Shown: positions 25,605-38,846 of the stretch, piece after piece
Layout of the letters: each line of letters begins with the position of its first letter
How positions within the stretch are numbered: position 1 is the first letter of the stretch
NCBI GenBank assembly: GCA_964016885.1
Contig: OZ024754.1
Location: 30,876,001 to 30,940,000, forward strand
Direction of reading: 5' to 3'
Source of the DNA: Eledone cirrhosa
Taxonomy: Eukaryota
DNA: 64,000 nucleotides
Position numbers and translations under genes: made by a program
Notes under the pieces: model-generated
What the model was told of the DNA's origin: nothing
The model's input: the letters and a program-made list of their open reading frames with translations, nothing else
Databases searched by the model: none

Positions 25605-25913
25605 GAGGCACATGGCTTAGTGGTTAGAGCATTGGCCTTGCAATCGAAAGGTTGTGAGTTCAATTCTCAGACCGGGTGATGTGTTGTTTCCTTGAGCAAG
25701 ACACTTTATTTCACATTGCTCCAGTTTACTCAGCTGTAGAAATGAGATGATAGGGACTGGGGTCCATATCATTACACTGCAAAGTGAACGTGTAGGTGCC
25801 GGTTGGCGTTAGGAAGGGCATCCAGCTGTAGAAATCAAGCCAGAATCAGTTCCCGTCCCACCCTTGCAAGCAGGGAAAAAGCAGACGTAAAATGAAATGA
25901 TGATGATGATGAT
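25605..25913 (+). mobile_element. tRNA-derived CORE-type SINE, full-length, RTE-type tail
   Basis: A box TGGCTTAGTGG, B box GTTCAATTC, CORE-like CCTTGAGCAAGACACTT...CAGCTGTAGAAATG, GGAAGGGCATCCAGC, (GAT)n tail. An extra tail copy lies at 25489-25556. Confidence 0.9.
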
Positions 25914-26006
25914 ATCATCATATATATATATGCCTCAAATGGGAAAACCCCCATCCAAACCCATGCAAGCGTGGAATATGGACGTTAAACGATGATGATG
26001 ATGATG

Positions 26007-26044
<38 letters not shown>

Positions 26045-26428
26045 TCTAACTAATACTATATACACCAGTATACACCAGTTGTAGAAGCTCTCATTCTTTA
26101 ATGTAACATATATACTTACTAGTATTTTTGTATTTATTAACTCCCTAGACTTCTTCTGTTTACCACCACTCCCTAACCCCACCTACTTCTCATTGGAACC
26201 CAAACAATCATCCTTGGTACAGACACAATATATATATATATTTAACTCCTATCCCAGCCAGACCCTTCTCAAATACATTTTGATCCCTTGTTTCCCAAGC
26301 TGGGTTCAGACAAATTTCAGGGTTCCACGTGATAAAAAATTTTTTTAGATTAAACATAATAAAAAACAAATTATTTTATTATTTCTAAATGAATAAATTC
26401 TTTCTCTAAAATATTTTGTTTTTATTAA

Positions 26429-26805
26429 CCCTTTTGTTGCCATATTAATTTGTTTTAATTAATGTTGATTAATCAGAAATTGTGGAAGTGTTTATTAATG
26501 TAAAATACTTTCTCATTATTTCACTATTATTTGGAACATAACTTAATAAAGGTTCTTACATAGAATTATGAAGGAAGGTTTAGATAAATTATGAAGGAAG
26601 ATTTAGATAAACATATACATTTTAAAACCTGTGGTTTTCTATCAGAGAACCAGGCGCTGTTTTTGATGGGTTGGAACATAACTTAACAAAGGTTCTTACA
26701 TAAAATTATTATGGAATTCTAGATAAATATAGACGTTTTAAAATAACTGGTTTTGTATCAGTGAACCAGGGTTAGGGTTAGGGTTAGGGTTAGGTATGAA
26801 AATGG
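26429..26805. mobile_element. Old piggyBac-like MITE (TTAA flanks, degenerate CCCTTT TIR) containing ~(TTAGGG)4
   Basis: TTAA-CCCTTTTGTTGCC ... GGTATGAAAATGG-TTAA. Related fragments at ~27770-28170. Confidence 0.5.
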
Positions 26806-26960
26806 TTAAGGGTTTTGGAATATCGTGTTAGGGTCTTTGACAAAATAAGTGAACCCCTGACATAGCAAATTCTTTCCTCCTCAGACCAACATAAACCTAG
26901 AAAACCTTCATATTCTCCTTATCATAATATATACATAGCAAACCATATAGTTGTCACATC

Positions 26961-27004
<44 letters not shown>

Positions 27005-27010
<6 letters not shown>

Positions 27011-27101
27011 GTCTCAAAAATGTATACACACTTCAACAGCATTCTAATAAATATTGCTTGTACAGGTAATCCAAGTGTGTATACATTTTGGAGAGTCACT
27101 C

Positions 27102-27103
<2 letters not shown>
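27005..27103. mobile_element. Tc1/mariner-type MITE (~100 bp)
   Basis: TIR (T)AGGGTGTCTCAAAAATGTATACACACTT / AAGTGTGTATACATTTTGGAGAGTCACTCTA with TA flanks; sister copy at 52172-52249. Confidence 0.7.
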
Positions 27104-27134
<31 letters not shown>

Positions 27135-28599
27135 TACCATATCTCTGTGTCATACGAAACGTTTAAATGAAGTTGGTTTCAGGAAGGTTGTAAAATATTA
27201 CCACAAAAGTCCCAACTAACCCATTCTGGCTTGGTTGACCTAAATATTATGATAATGGTATACATACATTACATACTCACATACACACACAAACACACGC
27301 ACATGCAAATATATGCATTCATATGCACACAAACACATGCATTGTTTTTTTTTTCTGTCCTCATATCTCCATGCACACACACACACACATGTAAATATAT
27401 ATATATTCATATACATACACACTCATTTGTTTTCTGTCCTCATAGCTGCATGCACACTCACACACACACACACACATGTAAATATATACATACATATACA
27501 TACTCACTCATCATTTTTCTGTCCTCATATCTTCATACACACACACTCTCTCACACACACATACACACCACCACCACCACTGTTTTGATTCCTTGATAGA
27601 AATGTATACTGAGTCAATTCTCTTCAACAGCAACAACATTAACAATGCCAGTTTATTTCCATAGCTAAATAATATTTGAAAAACATAAATATTTATGGTA
27701 CAATGTACAGCAACAAACATATTTAGACTAAAATTACTTAAATCATTACTTTTGTTTCATCTGGGGCTTTTTGATCCTTTCATTATCATATTTCTAGTGA
27801 AAGGCATTGCCTATGATTTTTATATGATTTTGAAAATATTCAAGAATTTGGAAGGATTTAGTAATTATAACTAACTTTCTCATTATTAAATCTGGTGTCT
27901 GGAACATAACTCAACAAAGGTCCATACATAATATTATGATGGAAGGTTTTTAGATAAAAACAAACACTTTAACCCTTTTGTTACCATATTTCTATTGAAA
28001 AATACTACCTATGGTTTTCAAATAATTTCGAAAATCATCAAAAATTTGAAGAGATTAAATAATATTTCTAACTTTTTCATTATTAATCTGGTGTCTGGAA
28101 CATAACTTAATAAAGATTCTTACATATTATAATGGAGGGTAAACCCTTTAAAATAAACAGTTTTGTATTATGCAAAAACATTTCTTTTTTTGCCTGGATT
28201 GGGTTTGAACATTGTGTGATAAACATTATATTTGCTATTAGTTTCTAATATAGGTCAAAGGTCAAAATTGAAATATTTTGGGGAGAACGAGGGGTCACTG
28301 ATGTTGGAACCAAGATATGACGGGTACTTAATTTTATTTCATCAAACTTTGAAAGATTTTATTTCAACAGTATTTGAACCCAGAACATAAAGGGTATTTT
28401 GTCTGGTGCTCTAACGATTCTCCCAAGACATGGAGACGTTGTAAAGAATCATAGCTGTTCTCCTTCCCCTTGAATAAGTGTTAAATATTTAAAACATTGA
28501 AAAGACACGGCTCTTTGATAGCCTAAAATAAATGTTTATAACAGCACCAGTGGCAAACTACAATTACAACAACTACAGCAACAGTAACACCAATTACCA

Positions 28600-28885
28600 C
28601 CACAACACAAACAATCACACCTATCACATACCACAACTACAACAGACACCAACACAACAACAACACCACCACCACAACAACACAAACAATCACACCTATC
28701 ACATACCACAACTACAACAAACACCAACACAACAACAACACCACCACCACAACAACACAAACAATCACACCTATCACATACCACAACTACAACAGACACC
28801 AACACAACAACACCACCACCACCACCACCACAACACAAACAATCACACCTATCACATACCACAACTACAACAGACAGCAACACAA
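28600..28885. repeat. 75-bp tandem repeat, ~4 copies
   Basis: Repeats every 25 codons in ORF 28532 (NTNNHTYHIPQLQQTPTQQQHHHHN). Confidence 0.85.
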
Positions 28886-29109
28886 CAACAACACCAACAA
28901 CCAAAACAACAAAACCATCACAAAAACACCTCCAACAACCACAGCAACAACACCAACAAAAGGCACTATCACAACACCAACAACCAGAGACACCATCACT
29001 ACAACACCAAGAACCACAACAACAACAAAACCATCAAAATAACACCAACAACAACAACAAAACCATTACAACAACCACAACTACAACAGATACCATCACA
29101 ACAACACCA

Positions 29110-31787
29110 ACAATCACAACACAACACAACACAACCAACAACACCAACAACCACATCTAGAACAGAGGCTCCATCACAACACAACACAACACAACCAACA
29201 ACACCAACAACCACATCTAGAACAGAGGCTCCATCACAACACAACCAACAACAACACCAACAACCACATCTAGAACAGAGGCTCCATCACAACACAACCA
29301 ACAACAACACCAACAACCACATCTAGAACAGAGGCTCCAACACAACACAACCAACAACAACACCAACAACCACATCTAGAACAGAGGCTCCATCACAACA
29401 CAACCAACAACAACACCACAACAACCACATCTAGAACAGAGGCTCTATCACAACACAACACAACCAACAACACCAACAACCACATCTAGAACAGAGGCTC
29501 CATCACAACACAACCAACAACAACACCACAACAACCACATCTAGAACAGAGGCTCTATCACAACACAACCAGCAACAACCACAACAACCACATCTAGAAC
29601 AGAGGCTCTATCACAACACAACCAACAACAACCACAACAACCACATCTACAACAGAGGCTCCATCACAACACAACCAACAACAACACCACAACAACCACA
29701 TCTAGAACAGAGGCTCCATTACAACACAACCAACAACAACACCACAACAACCACATCTAGAACAGAGGCTCTATCACAACACAACCAACAACAACCACAA
29801 CAACCACATCTACAACAGAGGCTCCATCACAACACAACCAACAACAACACCACAACAACCACATCTAGAACAGAGGCTCCATTACAACACAACCAACCAC
29901 AACACCAACAACCACATCTAGAACAGAGGCTCCATCACAACACAACCAACAACAACACCAACAACCACATCCAGAACAGAGGCTCCATCACAACACAACC
30001 AACAACAACACCAACAACCACATCTAGAACAGAGGCTGCATCACAACACAACCAACCACAACACCAACAACACATCTAGAACAGAGGCTTCATCACAACA
30101 CAACACAACCAACAACACCAACAACCACATCTAGAACAGAGGCTCCATCACAACACAACACAACCACAACACCAACAACCACATCTAGAACAGAGGCTCC
30201 ATCACAACACAACCAACCACAACACCAACAACCACATCTAGAACAAAGGCTCCATCACAACACAACACAACCAACAACACCAACAACACATCTAGAACAG
30301 AGGCTCCATCACAACACAACACAACCAGCAACACCAGCAACCACATCTAGAACAGAGGCTGCATCACAACACAACCAACCACAACACCAACAACACATCT
30401 AGAACAGAGGCTCCATCACAACACAACACAACCAACAACACCAACAACCACATCTAGAACAGAGGCTCCATCACAACACAACCAACAACAACACCAACAA
30501 CCACATCTACAACAGAGGCTCCATCACAGCACAACCAACAACAACACCAACAACCACATCTAGAACAGAGACTCCATCACAACACAACACAACCAACAAC
30601 ACCAGCAACACATCTAGAACAGAGGCTCCATCACAACACAACCAACAACAACACCAACAACTACATCTACAACAGAGGCTCCATCACAACACAACACAAC
30701 CAACAACACCAACAACACATCTAGAACAGAGGCTCCATCACAACACAACCAACAAAAACCACAACAACCACATCTAGAACAGAGGCTCCATCACAACACA
30801 ACCAACCATAACACCAACAACCACATCTAGAACAGAGGCTCCATCACAACACAACCAACAACAACACCAACAACCACATCTACAACAGAGGCTCCATCAC
30901 AGCACAACCAACAACACCAACAACCACATCTAGAACAGAGGCTCCATCACAACACAACACAACCAACAACACCAGCAACACATCTAGAACAGAGGCTCCA
31001 TCACAACACAACCAACAACAACACCAACAACCACATCTAGAACAGAGGCTCCAACACAACACAACACAACCAACAACACCACCAACCACATCTAGAACAG
31101 AGGCTCCATCACAACACAACCAACAAAAACCACAACAACCACATCTAGAACAGAGGCTCCATCACAACACAACCAACCACAACACCAACAACCACATCTA
31201 GAACAGAGGCTCCATCACAACACAACCAACAACAACACCAACAACCACATCTACAACAGAGGCTCCATCACAACACAACCAACAACAACACCAACAACCA
31301 CATCTAGAACAGAGGCTCCATCACAACACAACACAACCAACAACACCAGCAACACATCTAGAACAGAGGCTCCATCACAACACAACCAACAACAACACCA
31401 ACAACCAGATCTAGAACAGAAGCTCCATCACAACACAACACAACCAACAACACCAGCAACACATCTAGAACAGAGGCTCCATCACAACACAACACAACCA
31501 ACAACCACAACAACCACATCTAGAACAGAGGCTCCATCACAACACAACACAACCAACAACACCAGCAACACATCTAGAACAGAGGCTCCATCACAACACA
31601 ACACAACCAACAACCACAACAACCACATCTAGAACAGAAGCTCCATCACAACACAACACAACCAACAACACCAGCAACACATCTAGAACAGAGGCTCCAT
31701 CACAACACAACACAACCAACAACCACAACAACCACATCTAGAACAGAGGCTCCATCACAACACAACACAACCAACAACACCAGCAAC
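29110..31787. repeat. ~56-61-bp minisatellite, ~45 copies, with a constant core and variable (CAA/CAC) spacer
   Basis: Core CACATCTAGAACAGAGGCTCCATCACAACACAAC; indels are not multiples of 3. Confidence 0.95.
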
Positions 31788-31933
31788 ATATATCTGCCAA
31801 TGTCATACATTCTTCAAGGGGAAAAAACACTCGTCCTTCCACAATAAACATGTTTCCTTCTCTGGAGATGGATGTATTCAATTTAGCTTATTTCAAGTAT
31901 CTCTCTGTGGACGTGTGAATGTGTGTCTATGTT

Positions 31934-33488
31934 TGGTTATATGTGTGTGTGTATATATGGTTATATGTGTGTGTATATGGTTATGTGTGTGTGTATATAT
32001 GGTTATATGTGTGTGTATATATGGTTATATGTGTGTGTATATATGGTTATATGTGTGTGTATATATGGTTATATGTGTGTGTATATATAGTTATATGTGT
32101 GTGTATATATGGTTATATGTGTGTATATATGGTTATATGTGTGTGTATATATAGTTATATGTGTGTGTATATATGGTTATATGTGTGTGTATATATAGTT
32201 ATATGTGCGTGTATATATAGTTATATGTGTGTGTATATATGGTTATATGTGTGTGTATATATGGTTATATGTGTGTGTATATATAGTTATATGTGTGTGT
32301 ATATATGGTTATATGTGTGTGTATATATAGTTATATGTGTGTGTATATATGGTTATATGTGTGTGTGTATATGGTTATATGTGTGTGTATATATGGTTAT
32401 ATGTGTGTGTATATATAGTTATATGTGTGTGTATATATGGTTATATGTGTGTGTATATATAGTTATATGTGCGTGTATATATAGTTATATGTGTGTGTGT
32501 GTATATATATAGTTATATGTGTGTGTATATATGGTTATATGTGTGTGTATATATAGTTATATGTGTGTGTATATATGGTTATATGTGTGTGTGTATATGG
32601 TTATATGTGTGTGTATATATAGTTATATGTGTGTGTATATATAGTTATATGTGTGTGTATATATGGTTATATGTGTGTGTATATATAGTTATATGTGAGT
32701 GTATATGGTTATATGTGTGTGTATATATAGTTATATGTGTGTGTATATATAGTTATATGTGTGTGTATATATGGTTATATGTGTGTATATATGGTTATAT
32801 GTGTGTGTATATATGGTTATATGTGTGTGTATATATAGTTATATGTGCGTGTATATATAGTTATATGTGTGTGTATATATGGTTATATGTGTGTGTATAT
32901 ATGGTTATATGTGTGTGTATATATAGTTATATGTGTGTGTATATATAGTTATATGTGTGTGTGTGTGTGTATATATATAGTTATATGTGTGTGTATATAT
33001 GGTTATATGTGTGTGTATATATAGTTATATGTGTGTGTATATATGGTTATATGTGTGTTTATATGGTTATATGTGTGTATATATGGTTATATGTGTGTTT
33101 ATATGGTTATATATGTGTGTATATATGGTTATATGTGTGTGTATATATAGTTATATGTGTGTGTATATATGGTTATATGTGTGTTTATATGGTTATATGT
33201 GTGTTTATATGGTTATATGTGTGTGTATATATGGTTATATGTGCGTGTATATATAGTTATATGTGTGTGTATATATGGTTATATGTGTGTGTATATATGG
33301 TTATATGTGTGTGTATATATAGTTATATGTGCGTGTATATATAGTTATATGTGTGTGTATATATGGTTATATGTGTGATTATATGGTTATATGTGTGTTT
33401 ATATGGTTATATGTGTGTGTATATATGGTTATATGTGTGTGTATATATAGTTATATGTGTGTGTATATATGGTTATATGTGTGTGTAT
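31934..33488. repeat. 22-bp minisatellite
   Basis: Unit (G/A)GTTATATGTGTGTGTATATAT. Confidence 0.95.
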
Positions 33489-33758
33489 CCATGAAAGCAT
33501 GAAAAGCAGGGGGGAAAAAAGGGACTTAAAAACAGTTTAACATCACTGTTTAACATCTACCTTCCACGCTAGCATAGGTTGATATATATATATATATATA
33601 TATCATCATACGTCCGCTTGTGTGTGTGTATGTGTATATATATATATATATATATGTGTGTATATATATGTATATGTATGTGTATATATATGTATATATA
33701 TATGTTCATTATCATCATCATAGGTCCGCTTGTGTATGTCTGTGTGTGTGTCTATGTG

Positions 33759-33803
<45 letters not shown>

Positions 33804-34064
33804 GTATATATATGTATATGTATGTGTATATATATGTATACATATGTATATGTATCTGTATATATATGTATATATATATGTATAGGTATGTGTATATATA
33901 TGTATATATATATATATGTATATGTATATGTATGTGTATATATATGTATGTATATATGTATATATATATACATACATGCACATATATATATATGTACGTA
34001 TGGATTCACCGAACATTTATTATAATGCTCGGTGTGTTTGTTAACAAACATCCTGAATTAAGCC

Positions 34065-34119
<55 letters not shown>

Positions 34120-34125
34120 CATATG

Positions 34126-34173
<48 letters not shown>

Positions 34174-34533
34174 AGTATTGAAGTTTGCTTGAAGCATTGT
34201 GGAATAATAAATAAATATCTTTAAGTCGTTTGGAAGCCTCGACAATGCAAATGGGTAAATCTCCGGGTAACAAGATCCGGTGGTGGAGAGAGAGATGTAA
34301 GTGGGTGTACGTTGAGATGCGTGGTGTGTATAAGATTTGTAAGATGTGTAGAAGAATGAAGGGAAGAGTATAAAGGATAAAAATAAAAATAACAACACAA
34401 GAGAGAGTTACCTTGGGAGAGATTTAATAGTCCCTATATATTTCGGATTCACATCCATTAACTGCGGTTTTTTTTCCGGGGTAAAGGTTGTCTGTCGGAC
34501 AGGTGCGAAACGCGTCCTCCGGTGTTTGTTGTT

Positions 34534-34601
<68 letters not shown>

Positions 34602-34773
34602 AAAATAACAGATTAAAGTTTAAGCAAAGAATCGCTACTTTCACCTAGCGATTCTTTGCTTAAACTTTAATCTGTTATTTTAATAAATATTTGCTCTACG
34701 GTTCTTATATATTTGATATATATTTATCCTGATCGAGCCCTCTTTGGATTTTAGTCTTCAAATTTATTATTAT

Positions 34774-34865
<92 letters not shown>

Positions 34866-34904
34866 ACATATATATATTTATACATATATATATATATATA
34901 TATC

Positions 34905-35228
34905 GTTTCTGAATTTGTTTAGCAAGATACTTTATTTGAAAACGTGTGTTGAAACCGATATTTATTATATATTAAATTTATAAATTTAAGAATTTATAAA
35001 TTTCCGGTTGGTTGGTTGGTACCACAACCGGACGGTTGTTCATATATTGTCAAAATTCTTTCGTCACACATTCTGTGACCTCTTCACTGACTGGGGTTTC
35101 TTTTCATTGTTTTTGTGCCTCTCCTTTGTTCTGTCCTACGCCATCTTGTTTGTGAAAGCAACCGAGTGAAAGCAACTGGTGCATGTGTTTCTTATTGGCA
35201 ACATGACCCTCCCAAAGCATAACAATAT
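34905..35228. mobile_element. Family D rearranged copy with a mutated hammerhead on the - strand (~35049-35091)
   Basis: Homologous to 55728-56236; core reads GUGAAGA. Confidence 0.7.
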
Positions 35229-35247
35229 ATTTATATATACATATATA

Positions 35248-35291
<44 letters not shown>

Positions 35292-35396
35292 ATATATTTA
35301 ACCAAACATTAATATGGTTCATTGATTACTCAATGAATACAGTTTTACAATAGATTAAAATCACTCAACAAGAAAAATTTTCCTGGACTTTTAAAT

Positions 35397-35750
35397 ATTA
35401 TTCAAAATATTAACAAATGAAGATATTCACAAAATCAAAATATATGCTTTATTATATATATTTCGAAGGTACTGTGTTGTTTTTTTCAGTATGTCCTCTA
35501 ATTCACTCCACATCCTTTTCTTCTTTAAGTTTATCATATTATTATTTGTGGTATATAAATGTTGAGATTTTTTAATGAAATAAATCACTGCCAATACTGG
35601 AATTGAACTATCAAGGCCGTAGCGGTATGTCACATATCAAATCATATATTTTATCTGAAAAAACAACACAGTACCTTTGAAATATATATAATATAATAAA
35701 GTATATATTTTGATTATGTGAATGTCTTCATTTGTTAATATTTTGAATAA
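35397..35750. mobile_element. Family C fold-back element, both hammerheads deleted or truncated
   Basis: TTATTCAAAATATTAACAAATGAAGA... mirrors ...TCTTCATTTGTTAATATTTTGAATAA; related to 13561-13710 and 50098-50226. Confidence 0.7.
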
Positions 35751-35845
35751 CATATATATATGGCCTCCAGGCCAACAAAATGTACATTCCTTGTATGGTT
35801 CCTTTGTAATAACTGGCCTTAATGATTATATATATATATAGATGA

Positions 35846-36064
35846 AGGCGTGTGGCTGAGTGGTTAGAGAATTGTATTCGCAATCGTAAGGTTGTGAGTT
35901 CGATTCCTGGACCAGGCGATGCGTTATGTCCTTGAGCAAGACACTTTATTTCACGTTGCTCCTTCTACCTGGAGTTGCGACCGATAGATAGTATTAGCAA
36001 TTGGAAAGACCAACGGAAACATTGTTCCCTCGGTCCGATTTGACAAAAAAGTCGATCGTTTCCG
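35846..36064 (+). mobile_element. CORE-type SINE subfamily with an alternative tail
   Basis: Similar head and CORE to 25605, but the tail is ...CATTGTTCCCTCGGTCCGATTTGAC...GTCGATCGTT. Copies at 39116-39330 (+) and 12131-12232 (-). Confidence 0.85.
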
Positions 36065-36128
36065 TATATATATATAGAGAGAGAGAGAGAGATGTCATAT
36101 AAGGACTGTTTGCCCTATATATATATAC

Positions 36129-36644
36129 GGTGGCTGCCAACTCGTTTTCGAGTACGGCCACTACTTTATATCCATGTAAGAGAACCCCTACCGATGCGCT
36201 GAACGAGTGTGACTTTTTAGTCCAGCCAGTGACTTGAAAACTCTAGTACAAATACTACACTTGTGACAATTATTGACACATAGTGCTGGGCCCATGGTAC
36301 CATGTGACGACAAGTGCAGAGAGATCTCCAGATACAAAGCAATGCCTGTGCCGTGAAGCTTTTATAGTGAGCAAAGGCACTGCACAAACCCAGTCCCACT
36401 CTCTTAACCAAGATGATATTTACCAAAAAGAAGAACAAGTCAACATCATTGGTTACCATCAGGGTTGCAGGTGTTATATCAGAGTTTTCCTTCTCCTAGA
36501 ATTCTGCCCTGACAAAGGCTAAGGGGTCATCTCTCCCAGTGATTTTGGATGGCCATTGACTCTTAAGAGCTCCTTTGCCCTTTGACAGGTTTTGTTTTTA
36601 GTCCTGCAGGATGTCCAAAGTCACCCTCCTCACCAAGAAACCTT
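36129..36644 (-). mobile_element. ~515-bp interspersed repeat, probably RTE-derived and non-autonomous
   Basis: Close match to 57354-57960 with an identical terminus abutting (TA)n. RC contains CTAGGAGAAGGAAAACTCTGA, a motif I associate with RTE 5' UTRs. Confidence 0.65.
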
Positions 36645-37094
36645 GGTATATATATACATACATACAAACACTCATGTATGCAGGTATCATATACATTTAT
36701 TTTCATCTATATATTTATATATATATATATTGTTTTAACTTATATCATGACTCTGTTTTCCTTTTAATGTTTTATTGTTTTCCGGGATTTATTTTAACCT
36801 ACAACATTTTCAACATATGGATTACATTGAGTTCTTCATGCAGACTAGACCCCACAACTTACTGCGGATATCTCTGTGTATATATATAGATGTGTATATA
36901 TATATATAAATATATATATATATGTATGTATGTATATATATACACATATATATACATATATATACATATGTATGTATATATATATATATATATATATACA
37001 TATATATAAGTATGTATGTACATATGATGATGATGATGTATATATATATATATATATATAAATATATGTATGTATATATATAAATAAATATATG

Positions 37095-37152
<58 letters not shown>

Positions 37153-37236
37153 AAAGGTAACCAGAAATAACAACCCAATCGGTACAGTATATGGAAGGGA
37201 TATATTAGGTTAACACTTGATATAGCAGGATGTGGG

Positions 37237-37272
37237 TCTTAACGTTTCGGACGCTAGTCCTTCATCAGAAGA
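37237..37272 (-). ncRNA. Minimal type I hammerhead ribozyme, family G
   Basis: RC: UCUU-CUGAUGA-A-GGAC-UAGC-GUCC-GAAA-CG-UU^-AAGA. The element spans ~37152-37272, with related pieces at 51697-51883 and 53711-53790. Confidence 0.75.
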
Positions 37273-37546
37273 AAGAATGAGAAATAAGATAGATTGAGGG
37301 GACGGGTGGGGTGCAATTTGGAAAAACTGTTTTTAAATAATAATAATAATAATGAAATTATTGTGTACAGTGCTCAGGTGCACTACAACTCGTCAAAGGT
37401 GCATGTATAGTACATATAGAAAAATAACAGGTCCATTCACATATATATATATGTTTTTAACTTTTATTTTCCAATTCAGGTTTTGTTTTTATTTTTTTTT
37501 CCACTAACTCCGCCATTACTGCCTCTCGGAGTCCCCCCCCCCCCAC

Positions 37547-37580
37547 TTTCCTGATGAAGGGCTTATGCCCGAAACGTTGC
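37547..37580 (+). ncRNA. Hammerhead core with a degenerate stem I (family G-like)
   Basis: CUGAUGA-A-GGGC-UUAU-GCCC-GAAA-CG-UU; only 1 bp of stem I is evident. Confidence 0.55.
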
Positions 37581-37842
37581 ACCCACACTCCCCACTCAAA
37601 CTAAGCATGAACCTAATACCTTTTGTAACTTGTACTCTCCTCAACTCATGTCTTTAACCTTCCTATATATATATATATATATACATATATATGTATATAT
37701 ATATATGTATATATATCATCATCATATATCACCTTGACCGACCAGTCTGTCGAGCGCCAATCGGCACCGCTGGTCACATCATGTCGTGCTATTTTAGCCA
37801 TAAGATAACGCCATCCCACTGGCTGGGCGGGCAGGCCTGTAC

Positions 37843-37979
37843 TCATTTCTACAGCTGAGTAAACTGGAGCAACGTGAAATAAAGTGTCTTGCTCAAGGAA
37901 ACATCACATCACCCGGTCCGAGAATTGAACTCACAACCTTTCGATTGCAAGCCCAATGCTCTAACCACTAAGCCATGTG
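37843..37979 (-). mobile_element. CORE-type SINE head and core
   Basis: RC of 25605-25748; another copy at 62198-62362. Confidence 0.85.
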
Positions 37980-38010
37980 ATTTCACATCATCATATATCT
38001 ATCTATCTAT

Positions 38011-38181
38011 CTAAGGCGGGTAAAATTCCCGAGATCCATGGACGAGTTCTCTCCAGCGGTCTCTGTCTCTCATTATCGCTGCCATATCCTGCGTCTCCAA
38101 CAGACCAGTGTCTGTCCTTAGGGCATCAACATACGTTAACCTTGGTCTTCCTCTTCTAGTGTGTCCATGTAGGGGCTCCCA
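38011..38181 (-). mobile_element. 3' end of a second RTE-clade LINE ORF (5'-truncated)
   Basis: [56 protein letters not shown] followed directly by a microsatellite. Confidence 0.8.
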
Positions 38182-38206
38182 ATATGTGTATATATATATA
38201 TATGTA

Positions 38207-38247
<41 letters not shown>

Positions 38248-38256
38248 ATATATATA

Positions 38257-38330
<74 letters not shown>

Positions 38331-38599
38331 TATACATAAACATATGGTGAGTCTACAGCATGAAGACCAGGTAACCCTCAAATTAGAGAGGTACTTGATA
38401 ACTGATGAGATGGTGAGTAGGTAAAGTAGAGGTAGAATCCCAACTGTGAAACTGGTGGTAGCAACAGGATCTCCACAAGTATTTTCTATATATAAGCACA
38501 CACACTAACACACATATGTGTTTCTGTGTGTGTGTATGTGTATGCATATGTAAATACACACACACACACACACACATGTACATACACACACACATATAT

Positions 38600-38675
<76 letters not shown>

Positions 38676-38676
<1 letters not shown>

Positions 38677-38846
38677 TAAGGCGGGTAACATTCCCGAGAT
38701 ACATGGACGAGTTCTCTCCAGCGGTCTCTGTCCCTCATTATCGCTGCCATGTCCTGCATCTCCAACAGACCAGTGTCTGTCCTTAGGGCATCAACATATG
38801 TTAACCTTGGTCTTCCTCTTCTAGTGTGTCCATGTAGGGGCTCCCA
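38676..38846 (-). mobile_element. Second copy of the RTE 3' fragment
   Basis: 171 bp colinear with 38011-38181, with several substitutions. Confidence 0.8.

Noticed and set aside
25605-25675. tRNA-like sequences (also at 35846, 37910, 39116, 44090 and 62290)
   Set aside because: SINE heads: no intact acceptor stem, and they run straight into the CORE-like block.
26769-26794. Telomere
   Set aside because: Only about four units, internal to a MITE.
28532-31787. Mucin-like TTTSRTEAPSQHN repeat protein, or CRISPR-like constant/variable array
   Set aside because: Unit lengths vary by non-multiples of 3, bringing the TAG of TCTAGA into frame; the variable parts are only CAA/CAC slippage.
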